Part shown: positions 47,745 to 58,599 of the stretch, piece by piece
Layout of the letters: each line of letters starts with the position of its first letter
Numbering within the stretch: position 1 is the first letter of the stretch
Source of the DNA: Chrysemys picta bellii
Lineage: Eukaryota
Reading direction: 5' to 3'
Length of the DNA: 64,000 bases
Assembly: GCF_011386835.1 (NCBI RefSeq)
Contig: NC_088797.1
Coordinates: 116,188,001-116,252,000, forward strand
Program-made: the position numbers and the translations under genes
Notes under the pieces: model-generated
Told to the model about the DNA's origin: nothing
Seen by the model: the letters and a program-made list of their open reading frames with translations, nothing else
The model's database searches: none

Positions 47745-48470
47745 ATGCAGTGTTATTGTAGCTGTGTCGGTTCCAAGATATTAGAGAGACAAGGTGGGTG
47801 AGGTAATATCTTTTGACTTGAGGAAGAATTCTGTGTAGCTCAAAAGCTTTCTTTCACCAACAGAAGTTGGTCCAATAAAAGATATTACCTGTTTAATATC
47901 TAAATGAATTATAGGTAGTTAAGGAGAAAAAAAAAGTTTGTTTCCCCCCCCCTTTAACTGGAGAGGTTTTAATTGGCCCTTGAAATGTGTGTTATCTACT
48001 TAGGCTAAACAATCTTTTCAACCTCGCATTTAACTATGACACTATAGATATGTCTACACTACAATTAAAAACTTGCGGCTGGCCCATGCCAGCTGACTCA
48101 GACTCTCAAGGCTCGGGCTAAGAGACTGTTTAATTGTGTTATAGACTGTCAGGATCAAGTTGGAAACCAGGCTTTAGTATTCTGCGAGATGGGAGGGTCC
48201 CAAAGCTAGGGCTGAAGCCCAAACCAGAATATCTACAGCATAATTAGCCTGAGCCCTGAAAGCCTGAGTCAGCTGGCATGGGCCAGCCACGGGTATCTAA
48301 CTGCAGTGTACAACATACCCTCTGAGTACATTTCCCAGACCTGAAGAAGAGTTCTGTGTAAGAGCAAAAGCTTCTCTCTCTTACCAATGGAAGTTGGTTC
48401 AATAAATGATATTATCTCACCCCCTTTGTCTCTCTAATATCCTGGGACCAACACAGCTACAACACTGCAT
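47745..48470 (+). mobile_element. Second Penelope-like family: inverted pLTR tail plus two forward pLTRs
   Basis: 47745-47814 is an inverted copy of about 48400-48470. Forward units (aagctt..tcaccaacagaagttggtccaataaaagatatta) occur at about 47845 and about 48368. Each is preceded by a hammerhead-like motif (agac CTGAAGA agagttctgtgtaagagc AAAA gctt). Confidence 0.7.
48046..48320. mobile_element. Harbinger-type MITE nested in the second Penelope family
   Basis: agatatgtctacact / cagtgtacaacataccc; internal inverted repeat gctggcccatgccagctgactca; 3-bp flanks tat / tct. Confidence 0.75.
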
Positions 48471-48959
48471 AGAACTAAATTATTCAAATAATATAAAAAA
48501 GCTCAAGATTTGAAAAAATAAATATGACTAGAGATCATGAAAAAGAAATCTAAGGTGGATTGGTTTGCCATCAGCTGAGCTTGCTCTAAGGGTATGGCTA
48601 CACTTGCAGATGTAGAGCGCTTTGAGTTAAACCCGCCTTCGGAGAGCGCAGTAGGGAAAGCGCTGAAGTCTGTCCACACTGATAGCTGCAAGCACACTGG
48701 CGTGGCCACATTTGCGGCACTTGCAGTGGCACTGGGAGCGGTGCATTACGGGCGGCTATCCCACAGAGCACCTCTTCCCATTCTGGTGCTGTGACTTGTG
48801 GAAAGGGGTCAGGGGAGGCGGGGCATTCTGGGTCCTGTCCCAACGCTCCGTAATGCATCGGTTCGCAACCCAGCAATCCCTCTGCTTCCGTCCACATTTG
48901 GCACCATCTTTCAACGTTTTTTGTGCTGCACGCTCTGTCTTCCCTTTCGGTCTGTGGGA

Positions 48960-50084
48960 ATGGAGCCTGAACTGCTGAGGAATATGCTGACGAGTCCCAC
49001 CAGCATGTCACGTTTGGCACTCGAGTTACTCCTTAAGATCCAAACTGACAGTGAGGACTCCGCCGATATCGACTCGAGTAGTGCATACAACACAAGATTG
49101 CTTGTGGCATTCACGGATATGCTTACCACCGTGGAACGCCACTTTTGGGCTCGGGAAACAAGCACTGAGTGGTGGGATCACATCGTCATGCAAGTTTGAG
49201 ATGACGAGCAGTGGCTGCAGAACTTTCAGCTATTGCAATCTGGAAGCTGGCAACTCCAAACAGCTACTGATCGATCGTTAACAAGTTTGGAGTCGGGAAG
49301 TCAACCATTGGAATCATGTTGATGCAAGTTTGCAGGGCCATTAATCGCATCCTGCTCAGAAGAACCATGACTCTGGATAACGTGCATGATATTGTGGCTG
49401 GCTTTGCACAAATGGGTTTCCCAAACTGCGGAGGGGCGATAGATGGCATGCATATTCCAATTCTGGCACCAGCCCACCTAGCCTCCGAGTACATTAATCG
49501 GAAGGGCTATTTCTCTATGGTTCTCCAGGCGCTTGTGGATCACCGTGGGCCTTTCATTGACATTAACGCAGGCTGGCCCGGAAAGGTGCATGTCCACACA
49601 TCTTTCGGAACACTGGCCTGTTCAGGAAGCTGCAAGCAGGGACTTTGTTCCCAGACCAGAAGATCACTGTAGGTGAAGTCGAAATGCCCATTGTGATCCT
49701 TGGAGACCCCACTTACCCCCGCTCACGAAACCCTACACAGGGAGCCTTGACAGCAGCAAGGAGCGGTTCAAGAACAGGCTGAGCCGGTGCAGAATGACTG
49801 TGGAGTGTGCTTTTGGCCGTTTAAAGGGCCACTGGCACTCTCTGTATGGGAAGCTAGACCTGGCCAATGACAGCATCCCCGCGGTTATATCCGCGTGCTG
49901 TACCCTCCATAACATTTGTGAAGGGAAGGGTGAAAGATTCACGGAGGCATGGACCTCGGAGGTTCAACACCTGGAGGCTGAATTTGAACAGCCAGAGAGC
50001 AGGGCTATTAGAGGGGCCCAGCACAGGGCTGCAAGGATTAAGGATGCCTTGAGGGAGCAATTTGAGGCTGAAAGCCACCAGTAA
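48960..50084 (+). pseudogene. Harbinger (HARBI1-like) DDE transposase, disrupted
   Basis: FWARETSTEWW, GFPNCGGAIDGMHIPI, NRKGYFSMVLQALVDHRG, GDP, RMTVECAFGRLKG..ACCTLHNICE. Stops, frameshifts and an apparent internal deletion near 49225. Confidence 0.92.
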
Positions 50085-50307
50085 TGTCTGGTGCCCTGCA
50101 TGGAAGTGAACTGCAGTGGTTCCAATGTTAGTAGGAATCTGTTTGCTATGCTGACTTGCAGTGCCTGTTGCTTTCCTGGGCTAAGGTATCTTTTACTTTG
50201 TGCAATAAAATAGAATATTTTCAAAGCCAGAAAATTCATTTATTGAAAAGAAACACAACTGCTTGGGAAACAGAAAGTGCAAGGGGGTGGGGTGGGGAAT
50301 GGTACAA

Positions 50308-52406
50308 TCACAGATTTGCATATAACCTGTTATCATACTCAGCCTTCCGGTCTGGAGTGCTGTGCAATGAGTGCTACACTTCAGGATGGCTATACTGCAT
50401 GGTGATTGGGGTTGAATGCAGTGGGTAAGGGTCGAAGTTTTCAGGGCTCGGTGGTGAAGCTACAGCTGTTGGAGGCAGCTGGTGGTGATAAGAACCCAGA
50501 TGTTGGTGAAAGTGGGTTGGAGGTGACATGGGGGCACAAGAGTTTTGGAACAAGGGCTGCGGGGCGGGGGGCTGGCGGGCATAGTAGTGCTCTGCCTGCG
50601 TGGCTGCAAGCACCTGGCTCGAGTACGCTTGGCACTCCATGATGCTTATCAGCCGATCTGTGCTTTGCTGCCAAAGCTCAGCGTTTTTGTGCCGGCCATC
50701 CACATTCTGCTAGTGAATCCTCCTTTCACTCTCCCTCCACACCTGCGCTTTAGATTCTCGTTAAGTGACTGCTGCATTACTTCATACAACATGTCTTCTT
50801 TGCTTCTAGGTGGCCTCTTCCTGATTCTTTGCAGTCTCTCGGCTGGTGAAAACACGGACGGCGGAGATCTCAAGGTTGCATCTGTAAAGGCAAAATGCAA
50901 CACTTAACAGAGACAGCATTGTTCACACCAGACAGAGTAATGATTCCCCTGTACTTAAGGAGGGCAAGCACAGTCTACACCAGGGGTCGACAACGTTCAG
51001 CACGCGGCTCGCCAGGGTAAGCACCCTGGCGGGCCGGGCCAGTTTTATTTACCTGCTGACGCGGCAGGTTCGGCCGATCGCGGCCCTCACTGGCCGCGTT
51101 TCGCCGTCCCGGGCCAATGGGGGCTGCGAGAAGCCGCGGCCAGCACATCGCTCGCCTGTGCCGCTTCTCGCCGCCCCCATTGGCCCGGGATGGCAAACCA
51201 CGGCCAGTGGGGGCTGCGATCGGCCGAACCTGCCGCGTCAGCAGGTAAATAAAACTGGCCCGGCCCGCCAGGGTGCTTACCCTGGCGAGCCATGTGCCGA
51301 ATGTTGCCGACCCCTGGTCTACACAATAGCATAATTTGCCCGTCTCAAAGCGAGCGCATGTAACCCACGGGAGCCACAAAATGGTGAGTAAGCACAGGGT
51401 CAAGGGGGGACTAATTCTTTCATGGCAGTACTGTCCTCTGGGTTTCTGTGCCTTGGGGAGAACCAACAGCTGCAGGGGGCCCCTATACTGAACACTGTCC
51501 CCACATTTTCCACAGGATTCATCCTGTTGAGGGTGACCTGGGAAGCAAGGGAGGGTCTTCTACTACAATGCAGCTTCCGCCCTGGCCCATATGCAGCTTG
51601 CCTGTGTGCAACAATGGTCCCACTCCCCCTCACGGCACAGTAACGCGGACATGTTAACCTGACTGGAACAAGGACCACAATGGCTCTCCCAAGAAACCTG
51701 CGCAAGCGCATTGCCCAAGTTCTCGCTGAGACCTTTGAAGAGATCACTGAGGCCGATTACCACAATGTTAGAGAGCACATCAACACCCTATTCTGCATCT
51801 AGGCATGCATGCAGCCCTAACCCTCCTTGCCCCAAGAGCCCGCACCGAATAACTTCCTTCCCAAAATAAAAGCCATTTACCGGGAACCTCCTCTGGTGTT
51901 TGTCCTTCCCCAAGCACCGGCTGCCGCGACTGGGTACCTTACTCCTGGCTTGAGAATAGCTCCTGGCTTCATGCATCTAGGGATTTTGCCGTGTCTTCCT
52001 CCACCTCAGCACCGCACTCCTGCTTTGCTCCTCCTCCTCCTCCTGCCTTGTTGGACTGGGCTCTGAAGTGTCTATGGTGGTACTTGGAGTGGAGGTGGTA
52101 TCACGTATCAAGTATCAAGTCCAGCTCTTTGTAGAAACAGCAGGATGCAGGAGCAGCACTGGAACGGTGGTTTGCCTCACGGGCGTTGCGGTAGGCATTC
52201 CGCAGCTCCTTCACTCTAACCCTGTACTGCAGAGCGTCCCGATCATGGCCCCTTTCCATCATGTCCCTTGATATCTCCCCGAAGGTATCGTAATTCCTAC
52301 GGCTGGAGCACAGCTGAGACTGGACAGCTTCTTCCACCCAAACACTGATGAGGTCCAGCACCTCGCCATTGCTCCATACCTGGGATCGCCTGGCAAGTGG
52401 AGGCAT
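50308..52406 (-). pseudogene. Harbinger Myb/SANT protein gene, spliced (exons 52406-51881 and 50881-50308)
   Basis: WSNGEVLDLISVWVEEAVQSQLCSSRRNYDTFGEISRDMMERGHDRDALQYRVRVKELRNAY..CFYKELDLIL is a Myb/SANT-like domain. Donor and acceptor are homologous to copy 1. Confidence 0.85.
50981..51316. mobile_element. Young hAT-Charlie-type hairpin MITE, 336 bp
   Basis: TIRs caggggtcgacaac / gttgccgacccctg. Perfect TSD gtctacac at 50973-50980 and 51317-51324. The empty site is visible in Harbinger copy 1 at 16774-16781. Confidence 0.95.
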
Positions 52407-55400
52407 GGTCACCTGGAAAGATTCGCTGAGAGCACTCCACACCTGGATGAGCAAACAGGAAGGGGATTTTCAAAATTCCCTGAGAATTTTAAGGGTGGGT
52501 CTGATGGTTGGTCACCTGAGTCCAGGGCAGTAGAATTCAAACTGATGACCAGAGTGGCTAGAACAGGCATTGTGGGACACTCCTGGAGGCTGATCAGAGC
52601 GCATTAACAGACCAGGGCATCCACACTGGCGCTGCAGAGCTCCAGCGGGGGCACATCAAACATTATTCAACTCGCCGTGGTGGAGTACCAGGAGCGCTCT
52701 AGCCGCGGAGTCAGAGTGCTCTATGTGCCTTGCCAGCGTGGACGTGTGGTGAGTTAGAGCACACTGGGCTGCTTTAATGCACTCTATCTCACAAGTGTAG
52801 CCATGCCCTAAATTATACTCTGTTCAAACCAGCATCTATTTTATTCTGTGAGTATGTAAAGGAAGAATCAATCTTCAGTAAACAGAGATGTTCAATATTA
52901 GCATGAACTGTTGCCAGATATCAACTAGTTGGCAGAATGACAGTCCTTAGCTCTCTCTCTGGAGCCTGAATTTCTCCTGTCTGGCTATTGATAATGAAAT
53001 GACAGTGAGAGGAGGAGCCAAATTAAATAATAGCAACTGTATAGTTAAAGACTGTGTTAAAAAATCTTCAGTACCTCCATACATCCCCCAATATGATAAC
53101 TGAGAATTTTTGGAGAAATCTCCCTGTGGAAATTAAATTATACCATACTTAAAACTTGGGGACTGAAAATACACCAATTGGAATGGTATATATGCAGAAT
53201 TTAGTATTTGTCACTTAGTTTTGGAGCAAAGTGGAAATTCTTATAAAAGGGACTATTGAATCTTCTCAGAGTAATAGATGTCCCTTGACTAAGAAGAAAT
53301 AAGACACTGAATCTTTTCTCATGAGTATATGGGAAAAAAGGTCCAAGTGATAACGCTAGAAGGATGGAATTGATTATTCTGTTAGGGACTGATTATTTTC
53401 TTAAGAAAACATTCATGTTGGCATCCATGGAACACAAGATGATGATAATATCACTGCAGCCTATATGCTTCAAAGGTAAACGAACTCATCCAGGATACCT
53501 GTCTGCAGATTCCCAATAGACATTTACAGTCCCTCAGGCATGATGACTGCAACCTGATGTCTAATTTTAAATGCATCTGTGATCCAATTATTAGGTGTCA
53601 GATCTTTTCTGTTCTTGTCGACAGTACGCAAGCCTCACATTTAAAATATTTCTCTAGAAGTAGTAGTGATTACTAACTCTTTTTCGACCTTTTCACATAT
53701 AAAAAGGTATGACCGATCCTGTTGTCCACAAGTCATACTATACAACCTTTACATTGGTTGTCTTTTTAGAGTAAGAGCACAATTTGTATCTCAGACTTTA
53801 TACTATACGCCCATGTACCCTATTGTGCTGTTAAGGCAATTTTCTTGCTACATAATTTCAACCAATGGGATAAAGAACAAAAAAAACCATTTTGCAGACA
53901 GTACTTCAGTGCTGGAATGAAAGCAGGCTTCCCTAACAGAAGAAATGGAACGTATAGTGTAATATTGTGCCTAACTAAACCAAGTATTGTGAAGTAGTCA
54001 TGTTCTTAAATTAATTGGCCCTTTTCTTTTTAGTAGATACAATACCTGACATACTAGCAAATCTTTAAAAGTACACCTTCACAAGTGACTACATACATGT
54101 ATCAAGGGTGTTTACTGAAGACAAAATTTCCAATTAAAAGCCTCTATTTAACATGCATCCTCATTTTACAGATGTAGCAATAAAGGAATATACTATTGGT
54201 AATTCCGCTAGAATTGGATTATCTTTCAAAATATAAGACAGCTTTCAAAATCATGAACCCATGTAAATTGGCAATGGCTGGCACATTTTGGCAATAGTAG
54301 CCTTCTCTGATAGAATTCCCAGTTCTCTTTTCTCTCTCTAGAGGTACCTCTCCCTTGGCACCATAAATTTACCACAGGCCACCAAGCTATGAGTGAATAA
54401 GACAGCAGGGTGGGAACCACAATTGGCAATGCAGACTTATGCCTGCATAAGGAATATGTAATCTTTAGAGTGGCATTTTCAAAAGCACTCAATATTGCCC
54501 AAACACTGCTCCTACTGAAGTCTATGATAAAATATCCCATTGTCCCAGACATGGCAGAAAAAAGGCAAGACACCAGGAACTGTGGTTTAACAAAGTCATA
54601 ACTTCATTAACTTAACATCTGGGAAACTCTGGCAGTAATTCCTCCACTGCAGGTCAACATTCCTTCCATAATCCATACTCTCGGGGGGAGGGCAGCCCTG
54701 AGCCCCTCCTTCCCGCTCCAAACTTTTAACCTGGACTGGCACACTTTCTGGCACCACACTACTCTCTCTTTGTACAAAAGTTGAGGGTATAGGGAAATGG
54801 GGTTGTGGCCCCTCACTGTAGTAGACATTAGAAGCCCTAGCTTCACACACCCCTATCTTCTTTAAGGAATAACCTCCCCTATTCCTGATTGCAATTCTAG
54901 TTTATCAGAAATCCAGAACCCCCTATTAAGTGAGTGCCTACATTGGACATTTGCCAAGTTGCAACAACATGAACTCATTATGACCTAATTTACCCACTTG
55001 GTCCCTGGGCTGATAAGAGAAAGGCAAAAAAACCACCACCACCCAGGCCATCTGGCATTGAGGGGGAAATTCCTTCCTAGCTCCCAAAAAGGGCAAGTAA
55101 TGTGATGCCTACAGAGAGAGTCACAAACTCAGTGCTACTCTAATTTCCAAAGTGTGTATGAGTGTGCTGGGGACTGGGGTGCCCACAGACAGGCTTTGAT
55201 GCACCTTTATTTCTAGCCAGTCAGCCAAGGAGCCCACTGGTACACTCCCAAGCTCACAAAATCTTTGAAGGGGTCCATGGATTTTCTTTCTCCTATTGGC
55301 CCAAACAAAGTCTCTCCACCTTAGAGGTCTTTGATAAAGGTGCGGGGGAGGGGAGTGGGGAGAGAGACTATTAACTTTAGTGATGCAGAGTTAGGCCAAA

Positions 55401-57088
55401 GCAGAGCACTTCTGAAAATCCCACCCCTACTCTTTACAAAGCCTCTAATTATTAAATGTTGTATTTGTCATTATGTCTAATATCTGACAAAGAAAGGGAA
55501 CAGACTTTCCCCCCAAAAATCAATATATTACACAGAAAACAAAAATATTCAGAAATTCATGAAATAGAAAGCATATTTCAATATAGAACTTCTTAACACA
55601 CTTTAATACAATTCCTACAAACTAAACTGTAATATTACACACAAAATGCAAATGAAATTGACTTTTTTATTATGAAATACCATGACTATAGTTAAGAAAA
55701 ACAGTTGAGTAATGAATAAACTAAATCTCAAGAAATATCAACTCTTTAAAAATATGTTGCCCGTGTCATCAACATTTTAATTTGGATACAATATTCAGTA
55801 TTTGAGGTTTTACCTATTTAAACCAATTTAAATTCCCCCAAAAGATAGGAAAGTAACAAATAAATCAAAATTAATTTAATAGAATGAATAGTTACAACAT
55901 TACGTTAATATTTTGGCAAAGCACAAACCAACATTTCTGAAGAAAAATGCTTATTAATTTAACCAATATTAAATGTAAAGTTGACATTCATTTGGACAGC
56001 AGTTATATTTTGATTCAACAGCATGGCTACTGACAGTATATGTACGATCTGTGTCACATAATTCTTAGAAGAGAAATAACCGATACTTTTTAATTTTCCA
56101 CCATTGTATTATACCAGTTTTCCCATATTCTCTAACAAGAATGAATATGATTCAAAAACTTTTAGCAGCCATGAAAACCACAGATAGATATCTTGTTTTA
56201 TATCTGCATTTAAAATTATCACTGTGTAATGCAATGAAATACACTATCACAAATCTCAACACAAATTAATATTTCCTGACACATCACATCAATTACTTTT
56301 TACTGGCTGAAAAATTGCTCCATTAGAAAAATGTGCAACACCATTCTGGGACACTAGCTGATGTGTACCTAAGATACCTATTTTGTAGATTCTAGCCATT
56401 TCAGTTAACATAAAATGTAAATTAATTACTTTCATTAGACACACACAGTGATGGTTTTAATATTCTTCCTATTCACATTTGAAAGCACTTCACATCTGTT
56501 TTATTCTATTTTATTTTTTTAATTTTCAAACTCAGGGATGAGTAATTGACTTAATATTTTAAAAATGTGTTTTTGCTACAACTCTCGTAAGAAATAATTT
56601 TACTTCACTATGCCCTACCCTCCTTAAGCAGTAAGCAAGGATCAGGAAAAAGCAATATGACTCTTCATTTGTCAGATATTTTCTGAATCACTGCATGGAG
56701 ACACTAGAGAGAGACTGAAATGACTATAAAGACAAAAATAATCAATTATATAACTCGCCTAACCTTGTACTGTGCTCAGCAGACCTTACATTGATGAATG
56801 ACAGATGACTGGAGAAACAAAGTATTTTTTAAAGTGTCAGTTATGAAGTAAAGTTGTACAGTCTGTCATTAGCTCTTGTTATTTCCTCTGCCATCACAAT
56901 GAAATGGCACAAAGATTAGTGTGCTGGGATGGCAAGTGGAAGAGGAAATAAGAAACTTTGTTCTCCTTATAACTCCCTTCACTAGGCAAGTTACCAAGAG
57001 GTAACAGAATTTATACTAAATGTTTTAGTTGATATAATTCACAGAGCTTGCTTCACATTACAGAAGCTCAATTATTACCTAAAAATGA

Positions 57089-57363
57089 CAAGTTTCAGAG
57101 TAGCAACCGTGTTAGTCTGTATCTATAGGTCATCTCGATTATCACTTCAAAGGTTTTTTTATTCCTGCTGATGATAGCTCATCTCAATTGATTGGCCTCT
57201 TACAGTTGGTATGGCTACTTCCACCTTTTCATGTTCTCTGTATGTATAAATATCTTCTGTGTGTTCCATTCTATGCATCCGATGAAGTGGGCTGTAGCCC
57301 TCAAAAGCTTATGCTCAAATAAATTTGTTAGTCTCTAAGGTGCCACAAGTACTCCTGTTCTTT
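57089..57363 (+). mobile_element. Penelope 3' end with short inverted pLTR, 14-bp TSD
   Basis: TSD ttacctaaaaatga at 57075-57088 and 57364-57377. Inverted gtttcagagtagcaaccgtgttagtctgtatc is followed by the forward 3' UTR/pLTR. Degenerate hammerhead at 57275-57314. Confidence 0.9.
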
Positions 57364-57689
57364 TTACCTAAAAATGAGTATACATGTCTCTCCATAATAA
57401 CTAAGTATTACAGTACTACTCTATGGCAGTAGTTTTAAAAGCTTTTGAGGATCTCAGTAAAAAAACAACAGGGTTGGGGGGTTTTTTGGAATCTGACCCT
57501 TTAATTGAAAATAAAGTTGTCATACTGAAATGCATTAAAAATAATAAAACACCGAAGACGGTGCTTTTCTATAGTTTTGGAAGGCAGAATTTTGCTTTCC
57601 AGACCAGATATGTTAAATCTTCTGTTTTGATCAGGAGATTGTTTTTAGTGGTCTTTTCCTGTTCTCCTTTCTCTGTAGGCTGTTTATTT

Positions 57690-58599
57690 ACAGATAAGCA
57701 AGGCCACTCTCTGCCAAACCTCTATGATTAGGCTCCCAGCCAAGTGGACTCTGATATAGAGATGAAGGCTGGAGAGTACAGCTCTCCAAACCACCTGTGA
57801 CCGTAAACTCAGTACAATGGCTATGATACTCGTCAATACTCTAACCATCTCCACCTGACCACAGAGGCCTATAAACAGTAACCAGGGGTCCACAGCCAGG
57901 GCCAGAGTCCTCTTCTCCCAGCCAGGGAGTATCAGGCAGAGGCAACCACAGTGTTCCCCCTACTAAGTCTATCCAGACAGAAATCAGCGGCCAGACACTA
58001 GGCTCTCAATCATTTAGGGGCCAGAAGCCCAGCCAGAACATCTATTCCCCAAGCTACCCCTGAAAACACATTCACAATAGTCCTGGACCATACCAGGGCA
58101 GATTCTAGCCTGCACCTGGAATACTGGGCTCTCACACAACTGGTTACATCTCTGTGATTCTTTGCCGCAGACCTGGTTTAAGTTAAACCTCCTGCCAGCT
58201 GGCTAGCAACCCCAAGGGACTAAATACCAACTGTGGATGGCCAGAGCACAGTAGCTACAGCCACTTTCCAACATGCCCCATGCACAAGCAACACTGACTT
58301 TCTACCCACTGGAGACTCTCCCATGCTTAGGAGCTTGCATGTGGTTTCCACTCCTTTTTGCACCACTAATGGAAGAGATTGCCTGAGCAATCAATGTTTC
58401 AGCAACTGTCATGGGAGGTAAGAAGAAACTGAAAGAGAGCAGGGTCATCAAGCCCTTATACTGATGCTATGAGCATGCAACGCCAGAGGCACTAGAACCG
58501 ACCCAACAGATATTGCTAAGGGAAACATTTCCGGCAATTGTGCTTGGGGCGCACAAATATCTACAATGGAATGGACATGTGCAAGCACTCAAAGAAGAA
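57690..58599 (-). mobile_element. DIRS copy D, small deletion derivative
   Basis: 5' terminus (ctacaatggaatggacatgtgcaagcactcaaagaagaa) matches copies A and C. Degraded RNase H-like text (MVRVLTS...RVHLAG) near 57700-57860. Confidence 0.65.

Larger units (their letters stand above)
48590..52808. mobile_element. Harbinger DNA transposon copy 2 (near full length, defective)
   Basis: TIRs gggtatggctacacttg / caagtgtagccatgccc (16/17). TAA TSD at 48587-48589 and 52809-52811. Convergent transposase and Myb genes. Confidence 0.96.

Noticed and set aside
53540-53565. ATGATGA...CTGA resembling box C/D snoRNA motifs
   Set aside because: The boxes are only 7 nt apart, with no terminal stem or guide region.
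55400-57000. Very AT-rich tract
   Set aside because: No periodicity, ORF or repeat structure beyond ordinary intronic composition.
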